Virus record (IMG/VR): IMGVR_UViG_3300020551_000015
Location: 1-29,097 of that record
DNA from: a virus
Lineage: Duplodnaviria; Caudoviricetes
Reading direction: 5' to 3' (one strand)
DNA length: 29,097 bases
The translations under genes and the position numbers were made by a program. Positions 16,664-24,303 of the stretch are shown one piece after another. Below the pieces are notes generated by a model, which worked only from the letters and a program-made list of their open reading frames with translations, did no database searches and was not told the origin of the DNA. The number at the start of each line of letters is the position of its first letter. The stretch's first letter is position 1.

Positions 16664-17076
16664 CCTCTGCCCAAGCCTTAAAAAAGTACGGACAGCCCGA
16701 TCCGGCCAATCCCCACATGGTTTTGTGGGATGTTCCAGCACATTTAGAGATAGGGGTTATCCCTAAAAGGGTATATTGTAATAAAGACCTTGTCGGTCCT
16801 TTAGAGGCCGCTTTTAAGGCTTTGATAGATACTGGTCATGTAAGCGAGTTAAAGACCTGGGATGGCTGCTTTAATATCCGTAAGAAAAGAGGTCTAAGTT
16901 CTATGAGCCTGCATTCATGGGGGATAGCCATTGATGTCAATGCCTTTGAGAATGGCCTTGGCAAAGAGCCTAAGCTAAGTGCTGATTTTGTCAAGTGTTT
17001 TACTGATAATGGCTTTGACTGGGGTGGTGTTTGGACCCGAAAAGATGGTATGCACTTTCAATTATCAAAAATTTAA
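16657..17076 (+). CDS. Endolysin, peptidase M15 family
   Basis: FN.R, S.HSWGIAIDVN, WGG.W and D.MHFQ Zn-peptidase motifs. Confidence 0.92.
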   Translation: MVTSAQALKKYGQPDPANPHMVLWDVPAHLEIGVIPKRVYCNKDLVGPLEAAFKALIDTGHVSELKTWDGCFNIRKKRGLSSMSLHSWGIAIDVNAFENGLGKEPKLSADFVKCFTDNGFDWGGVWTRKDGMHFQLSKI

Positions 17077-17082
17077 TTTTCT

Positions 17083-17220
17083 ATGCGGATAGTGAGTTTT
17101 ATCTTCGTAATGTTATTTATTTCCAGTTGTACCGTTCAAAAGGTTTACACAGATGGAAAAGTGGTTAAGGACTCGCTAAAGGTTAAGGTCGCTGGCTTTG
17201 AGATAAAAAAAGCTAACTAA
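17083..17220 (+). CDS. Small lipoprotein (45 aa), absent from the ORF track
   Basis: MRIVSFIFVMLFISS-CTVQKVYTDGKVVKDSLKVKVAGFEIKKAN*; lipobox Cys16; fills the gap between endolysin and phosphoesterase. Confidence 0.7.
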   Translation: MRIVSFIFVMLFISSCTVQKVYTDGKVVKDSLKVKVAGFEIKKAN

Positions 17221-18192
17221 ATGACCAAAATCTCCGTTGTCAGAGAGTATCGAGATAGATACCCTGACTTCCCCAATCTCAAACTGGCTAGAATTATCTA
17301 TGCCGAGAACAAAGAATTATTTACCTCTGTCGATACAATAAGAGGTTTTATTCGGCAAATACAAGGACAAAAAGGTAAAGGGGATAGAACAGTACAAACA
17401 CATAAGCAAGGGCCAAGACCCCTTAATCCTTACAAGTTACCTGAGTCTGATGAGTCAACTTTCGAGCCTTACCATGTCAAGGCCAAACGAATTCTTGGAC
17501 TATTCGACATCCATGCCCCCTATCATTCCATTCCGGCACTAACAGCGGCTCTCGACTATTCTAAGAAAGAGAAGCCCGATGCAGTTATTTTAGGGGGTGA
17601 TTTGTTTGACTTTCATGGCTTATCTCGTTTCCTAAAAGACCCACGCAAAAAGAATTTTGCTACCGAGCTATCAATAGGCTGCCAAGTTATTGAGGTTATT
17701 CAAAAGACTTTAGATTGCCAGATATACTTTAAGTTCGGCAACCATGATGAGAGATACCAACATTATCTCTGGCAAAAGCTAGGGGAGCTGCAAGGGGTAG
17801 AGGACTTTGAACTAGAGAACCTAATTAAGAAAAGGGTCTCAGGGGTTAAATTTATTACTGACAAAAGAATCATAAAGGCTAATGAGCTGAATATTGTGCA
17901 TGGCCACGAATTTGCCAGCTCTATCATTAGCCCGGTAAATATAGCCAGAGGTTTGTATCTTAGGGCTAAAGCTAATACTATTTGCGGCCATCACCACAGG
18001 TCATCAGAGCACACTGAACAGAATATAGAGGGTAAGATAGTAACAACTTGGTCGGTGGGTTGTTTATCTGAGTTACATCCCCAATATATGCCGATAAATA
18101 GTTGGAATCATGGCTTTATCTTAATAGATTTACATGGCACTAAAGAATTTGAGGTAAGAAACAAAAGAATCTGGAAAGGTCAAGTATTATGA
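17221..18192 (+). CDS. Calcineurin-like metallophosphoesterase with N-terminal helical extension
   Basis: DIH, GGDLFD, GNHD, HGHE and GHHH motifs in canonical order. Confidence 0.9.
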   Translation: MTKISVVREYRDRYPDFPNLKLARIIYAENKELFTSVDTIRGFIRQIQGQKGKGDRTVQTHKQGPRPLNPYKLPESDESTFEPYHVKAKRILGLFDIHAPYHSIPALTAALDYSKKEKPDAVILGGDLFDFHGLSRFLKDPRKKNFATELSIGCQVIEVIQKTLDCQIYFKFGNHDERYQHYLWQKLGELQGVEDFELENLIKKRVSGVKFITDKRIIKANELNIVHGHEFASSIISPVNIARGLYLRAKANTICGHHHRSSEHTEQNIEGKIVTTWSVGCLSELHPQYMPINSWNHGFILIDLHGTKEFEVRNKRIWKGQVL

Positions 18193-18383
18193 CACACAAA
18201 AACGCACCCATCATCAAAAAGCAAGTCCAAGAGTTATTAAAGCAACTGCCTCCGATTGAGAGGTTAAATATATTAGAGCCATTATGCGATAAGTATAGAG
18301 CAGAAAGTCGCAAAGAGGTAGAAAAAGATATAATAGAATGGAGCCGCAAGAAAGGAATACCACGAATCAAGACGGACTATTAA
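18189..18383 (+). CDS. Hypothetical protein
   Basis: ATGA overlap with the previous stop; 64 aa. Confidence 0.6.
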   Translation: MTHKNAPIIKKQVQELLKQLPPIERLNILEPLCDKYRAESRKEVEKDIIEWSRKKGIPRIKTDY

Positions 18384-18571
18384 CCTTTGATCCGACCCCT
18401 CATGATGATATCCAAGCATGCGCTCAGGCTATGGGGGTCATTGAGGATATGGATTTAGCCTTATTATCTGATGATGAGGCCACCATGATTAGGCATATCC
18501 GTAAGCTGGCTTTACATATTACCCATCAGGCACTTTACGAAATTTACGAAGGGGGCTGCTATGGCTCCTAA
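18338..18571 (+). CDS. Hypothetical protein
   Basis: 77-aa ORF in a tightly packed operon. Confidence 0.6.
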   Translation: MEPQERNTTNQDGLLTFDPTPHDDIQACAQAMGVIEDMDLALLSDDEATMIRHIRKLALHITHQALYEIYEGGCYGS

Positions 18572-18821
18572 GATAACCAATCCACATAAGGTAGAGCATC
18601 GTAAATTGGGCAGAGAGCAAGCCTGGGGCATAGCTTGGATGGCTGATAATAAAATTAGCATCGATCCGACTTTATCTGGTTATAGATATCTGCTTTATTT
18701 ACTTCATGAGCACTTTCACTTAAAGCACCCGGATTGGTCTGAGACCAAGGTCAGAAAGGAATCATCTAAGACTGCCAGATTCCTTTGGCAAATGGGTTTC
18801 AGGTTTGTCGAGCTGAAATAG
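18561..18821 (+). CDS. Minimal zincin-like protein (HExxH)
   Basis: G.A.....I.ID followed by LLHEHFH and a downstream Glu (WSE); 86 aa. Confidence 0.6.
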   Translation: MAPKITNPHKVEHRKLGREQAWGIAWMADNKISIDPTLSGYRYLLYLLHEHFHLKHPDWSETKVRKESSKTARFLWQMGFRFVELK

Positions 18822-19082
18822 GTTGCCCAGAATATAAATGTAAAGGCATTTGTCCTTTAGTTCCTCTCTAGTGGCGTTAGGCCACTTTTCTTTTGCATAG
18901 TTCCAAAGATCTAGCTTCTCTGATTTAGGCAAGTCCTCTAGCCTTGTAAGACCCATATAGCAGTCTAGTAAGCACTCATTAATAACTCGGCTAGTGGTGC
19001 CTAAATTAATTAAGGCTTCAAAGGTTGTCTCAGATTCTTTAGCAGCTTTTAGGGCTGGTTGTAGAACCTCAAAGGCAATCAT
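18762..19082 (-). CDS. Hypothetical protein
   Basis: ORF track gives 18762-19118; likely start MIAFEVLQ at 19082, which overlaps the small upstream ORF's 3' end. Confidence 0.6.
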   Translation of the reverse strand: MIAFEVLQPALKAAKESETTFEALINLGTTSRVINECLLDCYMGLTRLEDLPKSEKLDLWNYAKEKWPNATREELKDKCLYIYILGNLFQLDKPETHLPKESGSLR

Positions 19083-19170
19083 CTTCCGTATATCGTACAT
19101 AGGCGACTGCATAGCCAATGATTATGCCTGAGATAAAGGCGGTTAATACTAATAATCCAGATTCTATCAT
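19069..19170 (-). CDS. Small membrane peptide (33 aa), absent from the ORF track
   Basis: MIESGLLVLTAFISGIIIGYAVAYVRYTEDDCL*; ATGA overlap with the stop of 19167-19685. Confidence 0.6.
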   Translation of the reverse strand: MIESGLLVLTAFISGIIIGYAVAYVRYTEDDCL

Positions 19171-19685
19171 AATTGAGATTTTAGCCATGTAAAGTTTCTG
19201 CCTAACATAATCAACCAATCAAAGGTCCATTGCACACAGGCACATCGGCACTTTTGGTTATCATCCCCATAAGCAGCTCTTAGAATATCAATATCATCTT
19301 TGCCAAATCGTTTGAGCATCTTATTTGACTTTAGATAGTCGTACCACTTATCCATCTGGTTAAAAGGGACTTTCTCAAAGTTCAGCTTATACATCATTAA
19401 GTCATAGTCTAGCTTCTCTAAGTCTGTCTCTGGCACTTTAGCCTCTTGGATTGGTCTGTAACCAGTTGGGGTCTTTTGTAGGTTATGCCTATCCTTGTTA
19501 TTGTTAGCCCATCTGGCTAGTCTCCTACCTAGGTCCCAGGTTGTTTCTTGCTCAAATCTCATCTTGGTATTTGACTTATTAGGCTCTGACCAATAGTCGT
19601 AGAACTCTTGTTTCATTTGCTCTGTAAAGGCAAAGGGTTCTATTGCTCTCTTAAAGTCTGCTGCTCTTGCTTCTATACTTTTCAT
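19167..19685 (-). CDS. Putative replication protein (replisome-organiser C-terminal-type domain only)
   Basis: EFYDYWSEPNKS.TKMRFE...TWDL.RRL..WANN resembles the C-terminal domain of Bacteroidota phage replication initiators; no N-terminal HTH is present. Confidence 0.55.
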   Translation of the reverse strand: MKSIEARAADFKRAIEPFAFTEQMKQEFYDYWSEPNKSNTKMRFEQETTWDLGRRLARWANNNKDRHNLQKTPTGYRPIQEAKVPETDLEKLDYDLMMYKLNFEKVPFNQMDKWYDYLKSNKMLKRFGKDDIDILRAAYGDDNQKCRCACVQWTFDWLIMLGRNFTWLKSQL

Positions 19686-19689
19686 AGAT

Positions 19690-20115
19690 TATTTACTTAA
19701 ACGAAAAGACATAATATACCCTATAAGGGTGTTATTCCTTTTTTTATTTTAATAATTCATTTCAGTATTGTAGTCGTTCGGATTATGCCGATCCTATCGC
19801 AATCTTAATGAACCCACAATCGGGCGGACCCCCTGTATTATCTGCACCACTTTGGCAAGATGCAGTCGGACACTCTCTCTTTAATCACTAAGCCAATACC
19901 TTATAGAACTATTATTTTTGCAACTATCGGGGACAATCTCAGCTCTATTTGAACCTACCAACCCGACTTCTGGACCACTATCTACCTACAAGGCCATCAT
20001 GGTCGTTAATGTTGCTAAATAAAAAACCCACTGAGGATTGGCGTCAGCGGCCGCACCCCAATGGGTTAATATACTCTTTACTAAACAAAGCACTTAAAAA
20101 GTGGCTGACCTTTGT
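19690..20115 (-). ncRNA. Candidate structured non-coding RNA / replication leader
   Basis: Largest gap in the window, with no minus-strand ORF of 60 aa or more, its own promoter, a terminator hairpin and several stems containing G-U pairs on the minus strand. Confidence 0.5.
20021..20067 (-). terminator. Terminator/attenuator hairpin with a large loop
   Basis: Minus strand AACCCATTGGGG...CCTCAGTGGGTT followed by TTTTATTT. Confidence 0.7.
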
Positions 20116-20120
20116 TAATA

Positions 20121-20152
20121 CAAATATACGAAAAAAATATCAAACTGCCAAA
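20121..20152 (-). promoter_or_regulatory. Bacteroidota sigma70-type promoter (-33 TTTG / -7 TAnnTTTG)
   Basis: Minus strand TTTG (20149-20152), 20-nt spacer, TATATTTG (20121-20128). Confidence 0.75.
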
Positions 20153-20565
20153 TTTATTTTGCCTAAATGGTCGACAAATAAGATATCTGAGTAAGACCGG
20201 ACCCTTGTCATCCGCATAGATATCTCCAAATCACTTGCTAAGTCTATGACTTTCAAATAATAAGGAAAAAATTTAGGGTCTTCAGTTTCAATGTAACTTT
20301 CTATTCTAGACCTATAAGTACTCATGGTAGAATGATCCTTATATCCTACTAATGGGGCTATCTCGGTTAGCTTCATAGGACAATGGCGATAGATAAAGTA
20401 CGATAAAGCCATTCTAATCTCAGCTATTCTAACAACATTGCCATCTTGATCTTTGCATATCTTAAAGTGATTACGGCCTCTTAGACTTTGCAGTTGCTGT
20501 AAGGTTATGCCGTAAAAATCACATGCTGCCTGGACTAGTTGAATCGCTTGCTCTCTGGTGTTCAT
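20140..20565 (-). CDS. DnaA C-terminal (domain IV)-like HTH protein
   Basis: ACDFYGIT..QL.S..R...IAEIRM.L.Y......L.EIA..VGYKDHST matches the DnaA domain IV pattern (RDHTT equivalent). Confidence 0.8.
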   Translation of the reverse strand: MNTREQAIQLVQAACDFYGITLQQLQSLRGRNHFKICKDQDGNVVRIAEIRMALSYFIYRHCPMKLTEIAPLVGYKDHSTMSTYRSRIESYIETEDPKFFPYYLKVIDLASDLEISMRMTRVRSYSDILFVDHLGKINLAV

Positions 20566-21706
20566 AAAGTTCTATGGTTTTGAATATTTGATAAACTACT
20601 TGGGGAACTATTGCGTTTCCTCCAGCTTTGATTGATTCGTTTCTCCATTTAGAAAAGGTAATAGAGTCCAATCTGTCGGAAAGCCCATCATCTCCATTAC
20701 AAATTGGGGAGACAGTTGGGAAGTTTTGCCATTGGTTTCTGCGTTCCACATTGCTATATCCATTTGTCTTTTGCCTATTCTGTTGTTCCAATATTTTTCG
20801 CTGTGTCCGTGTTTGACTATTTGTGCAGTTGGTGTTGGCAACAAAATCCCTCCTTTGTATTTCGCTAATGTTGTTAAGGTCACATCCCCTCCGTTTTCCA
20901 CCTTGTCCACTATTGTTTTCATGTTCCTCCTTTCTATTGATTCGCAAGCTCTTGGTGTTGGCAACATCCCCATTGCCATTGCCCTTGTTAATGTTACTGA
21001 GTGCATTGAACCCTCCTTGACTTGGCTTGATTTCATTGTTGCTGTCGCATTGGTTGAATCCATCGCTGTTGGAGTTAATAAAAGATTGGCCTTTGCTATG
21101 TCGTTTAGACTGGGGCCAAATCTCATCCCATCCTTTGGTCGTATGTTCACAAAACTTCCGTTGATTAGTTTCAATTCCTTCCCGCTGTTGACATTCTCTG
21201 CCATTCCATCCATTGCTTTTGGAGTGGGCAACAAACCATATTCGGTCTCTTCTGTGGGGAGCGTTGACGGATACAGCTGGCAATACATACGGCCATACTT
21301 CGTACCCTTGAGCTTCCAAGTCAGTTTGCACTTCGTGGAATACCAGCCCTCCATTCCAATTAACAAGCCCGAGAACATTCTCGCCAATGACCCATCTGGG
21401 CTTAACTTCTCTAATGACTCTAAGCATTTCTGGCCAGAGGTGGCGGTCATCCTCTTTGCCAAGTCGCTTTCCTGCCATTGAGTATGGTTGGCATGGGAAT
21501 CCTCCGGTGAGAACATCAATTTGGTTTGCATACTTAGTAAAATCTGATTTTGTTATGTCAGTAAATAGTTCTGATTCGGGCCAATAGTATTTGAGGACCT
21601 TTTGACCAAATTGGTTCCATTCGCAATGAAACTTATTCTCCCAGCCCATCCACTCAGCGGCAAGGTCAAAGCCCCCAATCCCACTAAATAATGATCCATG
21701 TGTCAT
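20519..21706 (-). CDS. DNA (cytosine-5) methyltransferase, large (alpha) polypeptide
   Basis: Motif I SLFSGIGG, IV GGFPCQ, VI ENV, VIII HRRDRIWFVA and X GNAIVPQV; the low-complexity middle region is overprinted by a second ORF. Confidence 0.92.
   Translation of the reverse strand: MTHGSLFSGIGGFDLAAEWMGWENKFHCEWNQFGQKVLKYYWPESELFTDITKSDFTKYANQIDVLTGGFPCQPYSMAGKRLGKEDDRHLWPEMLRVIREVKPRWVIGENVLGLVNWNGGLVFHEVQTDLEAQGYEVWPYVLPAVSVNAPHRRDRIWFVAHSKSNGWNGRECQQREGIETNQRKFCEHTTKGWDEIWPQSKRHSKGQSFINSNSDGFNQCDSNNEIKPSQGGFNALSNINKGNGNGDVANTKSLRINRKEEHENNSGQGGKRRGCDLNNISEIQRRDFVANTNCTNSQTRTQRKILEQQNRQKTNGYSNVERRNQWQNFPTVSPICNGDDGLSDRLDSITFSKWRNESIKAGGNAIVPQVVYQIFKTIELYEHQRASDSTSPGSM
20608..21531 (-). CDS. 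Overprinted C5-MTase small (beta) polypeptide in an alternative frame
   Basis: 307-aa ORF nested on the same strand; four L(L/M)(P/L)TP repeats and a C-terminal QLSPQFVMEMMGFPTDWT (motif IX-like). Confidence 0.8.
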   Translation of the reverse strand: MQTKLMFSPEDSHANHTQWQESDLAKRMTATSGQKCLESLEKLSPDGSLARMFSGLLIGMEGWYSTKCKLTWKLKGTKYGRMYCQLYPSTLPTEETEYGLLPTPKAMDGMAENVNSGKELKLINGSFVNIRPKDGMRFGPSLNDIAKANLLLTPTAMDSTNATATMKSSQVKEGSMHSVTLTRAMAMGMLPTPRACESIERRNMKTIVDKVENGGDVTLTTLAKYKGGILLPTPTAQIVKHGHSEKYWNNRIGKRQMDIAMWNAETNGKTSQLSPQFVMEMMGFPTDWTLLPFLNGETNQSKLEETQ

Positions 21707-21897
21707 TTGCTAAGTTTGTAAGCTGCAAAAGTTTTATTGTCTTTAGTAATGTAATTAGTCCAGATTGTATGCCCTTGGTTTCTAAGGTCAGCAATTCTGG
21801 CGGCTAATCTAAAACAGCCAAACTTGTTTAAGGCATCAATGGCGGTAATTTGTTTACCTGATTTAAGATAAATCAAGATTCTTTCTGTTTGTGTCAT
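21703..21897 (-). CDS. Small winged helix-turn-helix protein
   Basis: TQ..RIL..L..G..IT..DAL..FGCFRLAARI.DLR..G..I is a typical phage wHTH pattern. Confidence 0.85.
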   Translation of the reverse strand: MTQTERILIYLKSGKQITAIDALNKFGCFRLAARIADLRNQGHTIWTNYITKDNKTFAAYKLSK

Positions 21898-22117
21898 GTC
21901 TGTGGTTTTTTATGGGTGAATATAAATGGGTAAGTTTTTCATATGTGTAATCAAAGCCATGTCTGGATAGTTTCTCGCATACCCAGGCAAGCTCATCTTC
22001 TGTGTGGTGGATTGCATGCTGGGGAAATAAAGTGGTCCGGATTGTGGGGTTATTTTTACTTAATATCCCTATGTATTGTCCATTCCACTTAAAACGGTAG
22101 GTTATTACTAGTTCCAT
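21863..22117 (-). CDS. Hypothetical protein
   Basis: 84-aa ORF in a packed operon. Confidence 0.55.
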   Translation of the reverse strand: MELVITYRFKWNGQYIGILSKNNPTIRTTLFPQHAIHHTEDELAWVCEKLSRHGFDYTYEKLTHLYSPIKNHRHDTNRKNLDLS

Positions 22118-22508
22118 CTTTTGCTGTTTTTAGTAGTGTGGTGTAAAGAGTAATGATGTCCTCTAAATCTGCTCTATCCCATTTGTGGACCTTATTTCGG
22201 TTATTTTCTAGCCACTCTACCCTTTTTTTGCCAATCTTTAAGAGTAGGTGCTTGCGGTAACCAACCAAGTGAAACTCATCAAAGCCATTGCATCGTTGAC
22301 ATTCTCCGTTGACATTGTCCTCATGAAACCTAAGAAAAGACCCACCTTTGACTGGTACATAGTGCCCAGCGTTCATGGACTCTACTGGCAAGGTCTTAAA
22401 ACAACTGATACAAGTAAAATATCCGTCTTTAGAATCTCTTTGCCTGATATAAGCATTAAAGACCTTTTGGGCTTTCTCTGTCAGTCGTGGTAAGGTAACC
22501 TTTCTCAT
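22089..22508 (-). CDS. ninG: NinG/Rap-family recombination endonuclease
   Basis: AQKVFNAYIR.RD, CISC, AGHY, LRFHEDN..GEC..CN and Y...L..KIG motifs. Confidence 0.9.
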   Translation of the reverse strand: MRKVTLPRLTEKAQKVFNAYIRQRDSKDGYFTCISCFKTLPVESMNAGHYVPVKGGSFLRFHEDNVNGECQRCNGFDEFHLVGYRKHLLLKIGKKRVEWLENNRNKVHKWDRADLEDIITLYTTLLKTAKDGTSNNLPF

Positions 22509-22870
22509 AGATTCATTTCGGCTTTACGATACGATACAATGGTTCTGATAGCATCTAATTGATGGGTTGCAGATGCATTGACCCGGTCAGCCCAGTTGAC
22601 TAAATAGTTAACCTCTTTAGCATTTGTGCCTACAAACTTAGTAATAAGAGAGGGGCTTAGTCTTTTATCTAACCCCTGCTCCATAGCTTGCAGTAATCCT
22701 TGGTTAATTATTTGATCTTGGGCTAATTTAGCCTCTGCTAGTAGCTGGCCTGACTTAGCGACCATTATCAGTAGATACTCAATCCGTTCTAAAAGCTGAT
22801 TGGGTTCATGTCCAATAGGGGTCTCTAAGTAGGCCTGCATCTTAGAAAGGGAGGTCCTTATCTGGTCCAT
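22505..22870 (-). CDS. Hypothetical helical protein
   Basis: ORF track gives 22505-22894; likely ATG start MDQIRT at 22870. Confidence 0.6.
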   Translation of the reverse strand: MDQIRTSLSKMQAYLETPIGHEPNQLLERIEYLLIMVAKSGQLLAEAKLAQDQIINQGLLQAMEQGLDKRLSPSLITKFVGTNAKEVNYLVNWADRVNASATHQLDAIRTIVSYRKAEMNL

Positions 22871-23141
22871 TGCTTTGTGGTTTGTAAGTGTCAACTACGG
22901 TATTCCAACCGCCACCATCTTTGCGTTCCAAAATACTAATCTTTAGCTGCTTGTTACCTTGATAATCCGTTAAGAGGTCTGGATTGTCTTTAAGCCATTG
23001 GAATAGGTCATTTGGTGTGATAATAATTTGACCTTTTACAAACGAGGGGGCATTTTCTCTGGGTGCAAATACCCTAATCCCTTGGGGAAACTTTTTGTCA
23101 AGTTGCTTTTGACTGATTGCGGCTGCCATTTTGTAGCTCAT
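22842..23141 (-). CDS. Putative single-stranded DNA-binding protein
   Basis: 99 aa beta-rich with an acidic C-terminal DKDLPF SSB tail; in the recombination module. Confidence 0.6.
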   Translation of the reverse strand: MSYKMAAAISQKQLDKKFPQGIRVFAPRENAPSFVKGQIIITPNDLFQWLKDNPDLLTDYQGNKQLKISILERKDGGGWNTVVDTYKPQSNGPDKDLPF

Positions 23142-23142
23142 T

Positions 23143-23613
23143 TTACTTTAGATTTACGGTTATAGATGTTGTGGATGTCTTAACTGGGGGGTAAAGAATA
23201 ACGACCTCATCCTCTACTAATATCTCTGTGCCAGGCTTTACTGCCTTTAAAAAGGCTTGGCGGTCCTTTATCTCTTTCTCTAATTCTGCCATCTTTTGAG
23301 CAAGCTCATTATATACCGGATCGCCACAATTAGAGTAATCATACTTAACTCCAGCCTCTTTAATCTCAAATTTGGCATTGTGTAACTCAAAGGACTTGCC
23401 ATGCTTACTAGCCTCATCTAAGGCCAAGTCTTTATATTCTGGGTGGCTTGTTATCTGCTTTATTAGGTCCTCCAAGCATTTTACTTGCAAATGTACCTTT
23501 AGAGGGTCTATAAAGCCCTCTTTTAGGCTATTTATGACACTTTGGGCAAAATCCTGCCTTTCGGATTTAGTGGTCTCAAATAGGCTTAAATCGGTTGTGG
23601 TAGCTATTCTCAT
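23143..23613 (-). CDS. Hypothetical protein (recombination module)
   Basis: 156-aa ORF, ATGA-coupled to the putative SSAP gene. Confidence 0.7.
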   Translation of the reverse strand: MRIATTTDLSLFETTKSERQDFAQSVINSLKEGFIDPLKVHLQVKCLEDLIKQITSHPEYKDLALDEASKHGKSFELHNAKFEIKEAGVKYDYSNCGDPVYNELAQKMAELEKEIKDRQAFLKAVKPGTEILVEDEVVILYPPVKTSTTSITVNLK

Positions 23614-24293
23614 TTTACTGTCTTTTTAAGGTGTTTGGAGATGTCCTTTTGTGAGGGATTAACTATTTGGTCAATCGGCTTTTTGCGAGCCTCTAAGCGA
23701 TGCTGCAACTTTTGGTAGGTCTTATAGTCTGGGCAGTTAGTAATGGCCTCTTGAGCCAAGATAGCCTCATCATCGGATAGGTCTGTATGGCCGATAAGGT
23801 TAAGTAAGATAAACTTCTCATCCATAGTGGGACCATCTTCTGCTACTTTATTAAAATCCATCTCCTCGGCAGGTGTAGCCTCAAAGCCAGCCGCTTTCAT
23901 AAGCCAGCTAATAAGATTCCTAAAGGCTTTGCCTGTGGCTCTAGTCTGAGCCATGGATAAGATAGCATACTCATCCCATTGCCTTTTGTTGGCCTCTTTA
24001 TTAGAGCAGATGGCAACACCTTTAGAGATAACCTCGTTAGTGCCCCATTTGCAGATATTCACCTCCGCTAAGTACTTAACCTCTGTGTCGGTCGAGTGAT
24101 TAGAGATGTAATTCAACTGAGGGTAAAGGCCGAGCTGCGCTCCCGCCCATTGCCAGGACTCCACTAAGGGATATTCCTTGCCTTTGATGTTTACGGTAAG
24201 CTTTTGCTCTTTTACAAATCGTTTGAGTTCGCTTGCTAGTTGCAAGGATTGTGCTGGCTGCGCCAGATCGTAGGTGATTAAATCGTTTGACAT
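23610..24293 (-). CDS. Putative single-strand annealing recombinase (SSAP)
   Basis: I.GK.Y, SMAQTRA.GKAFR and TPAEEM resemble conserved SSAP motifs; located next to SSB-like and NinG genes. Confidence 0.6.
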   Translation of the reverse strand: MSNDLITYDLAQPAQSLQLASELKRFVKEQKLTVNIKGKEYPLVESWQWAGAQLGLYPQLNYISNHSTDTEVKYLAEVNICKWGTNEVISKGVAICSNKEANKRQWDEYAILSMAQTRATGKAFRNLISWLMKAAGFEATPAEEMDFNKVAEDGPTMDEKFILLNLIGHTDLSDDEAILAQEAITNCPDYKTYQKLQHRLEARKKPIDQIVNPSQKDISKHLKKTVK

Positions 24294-24303
24294 GGTGGGT
24301 TTA

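Noticed and set aside
19949-20194. 81-aa plus-strand ORF in the non-coding leader
   Set aside because: TTG start, opposite to the operon direction, overlaps the promoter and terminator, and has no recognisable features.
20726-21481. 251-aa plus-strand ORF inside the MTase locus (possible third overlapping gene)
   Set aside because: It is the codon-aligned antisense shadow of the beta ORF, with no motifs or start context.
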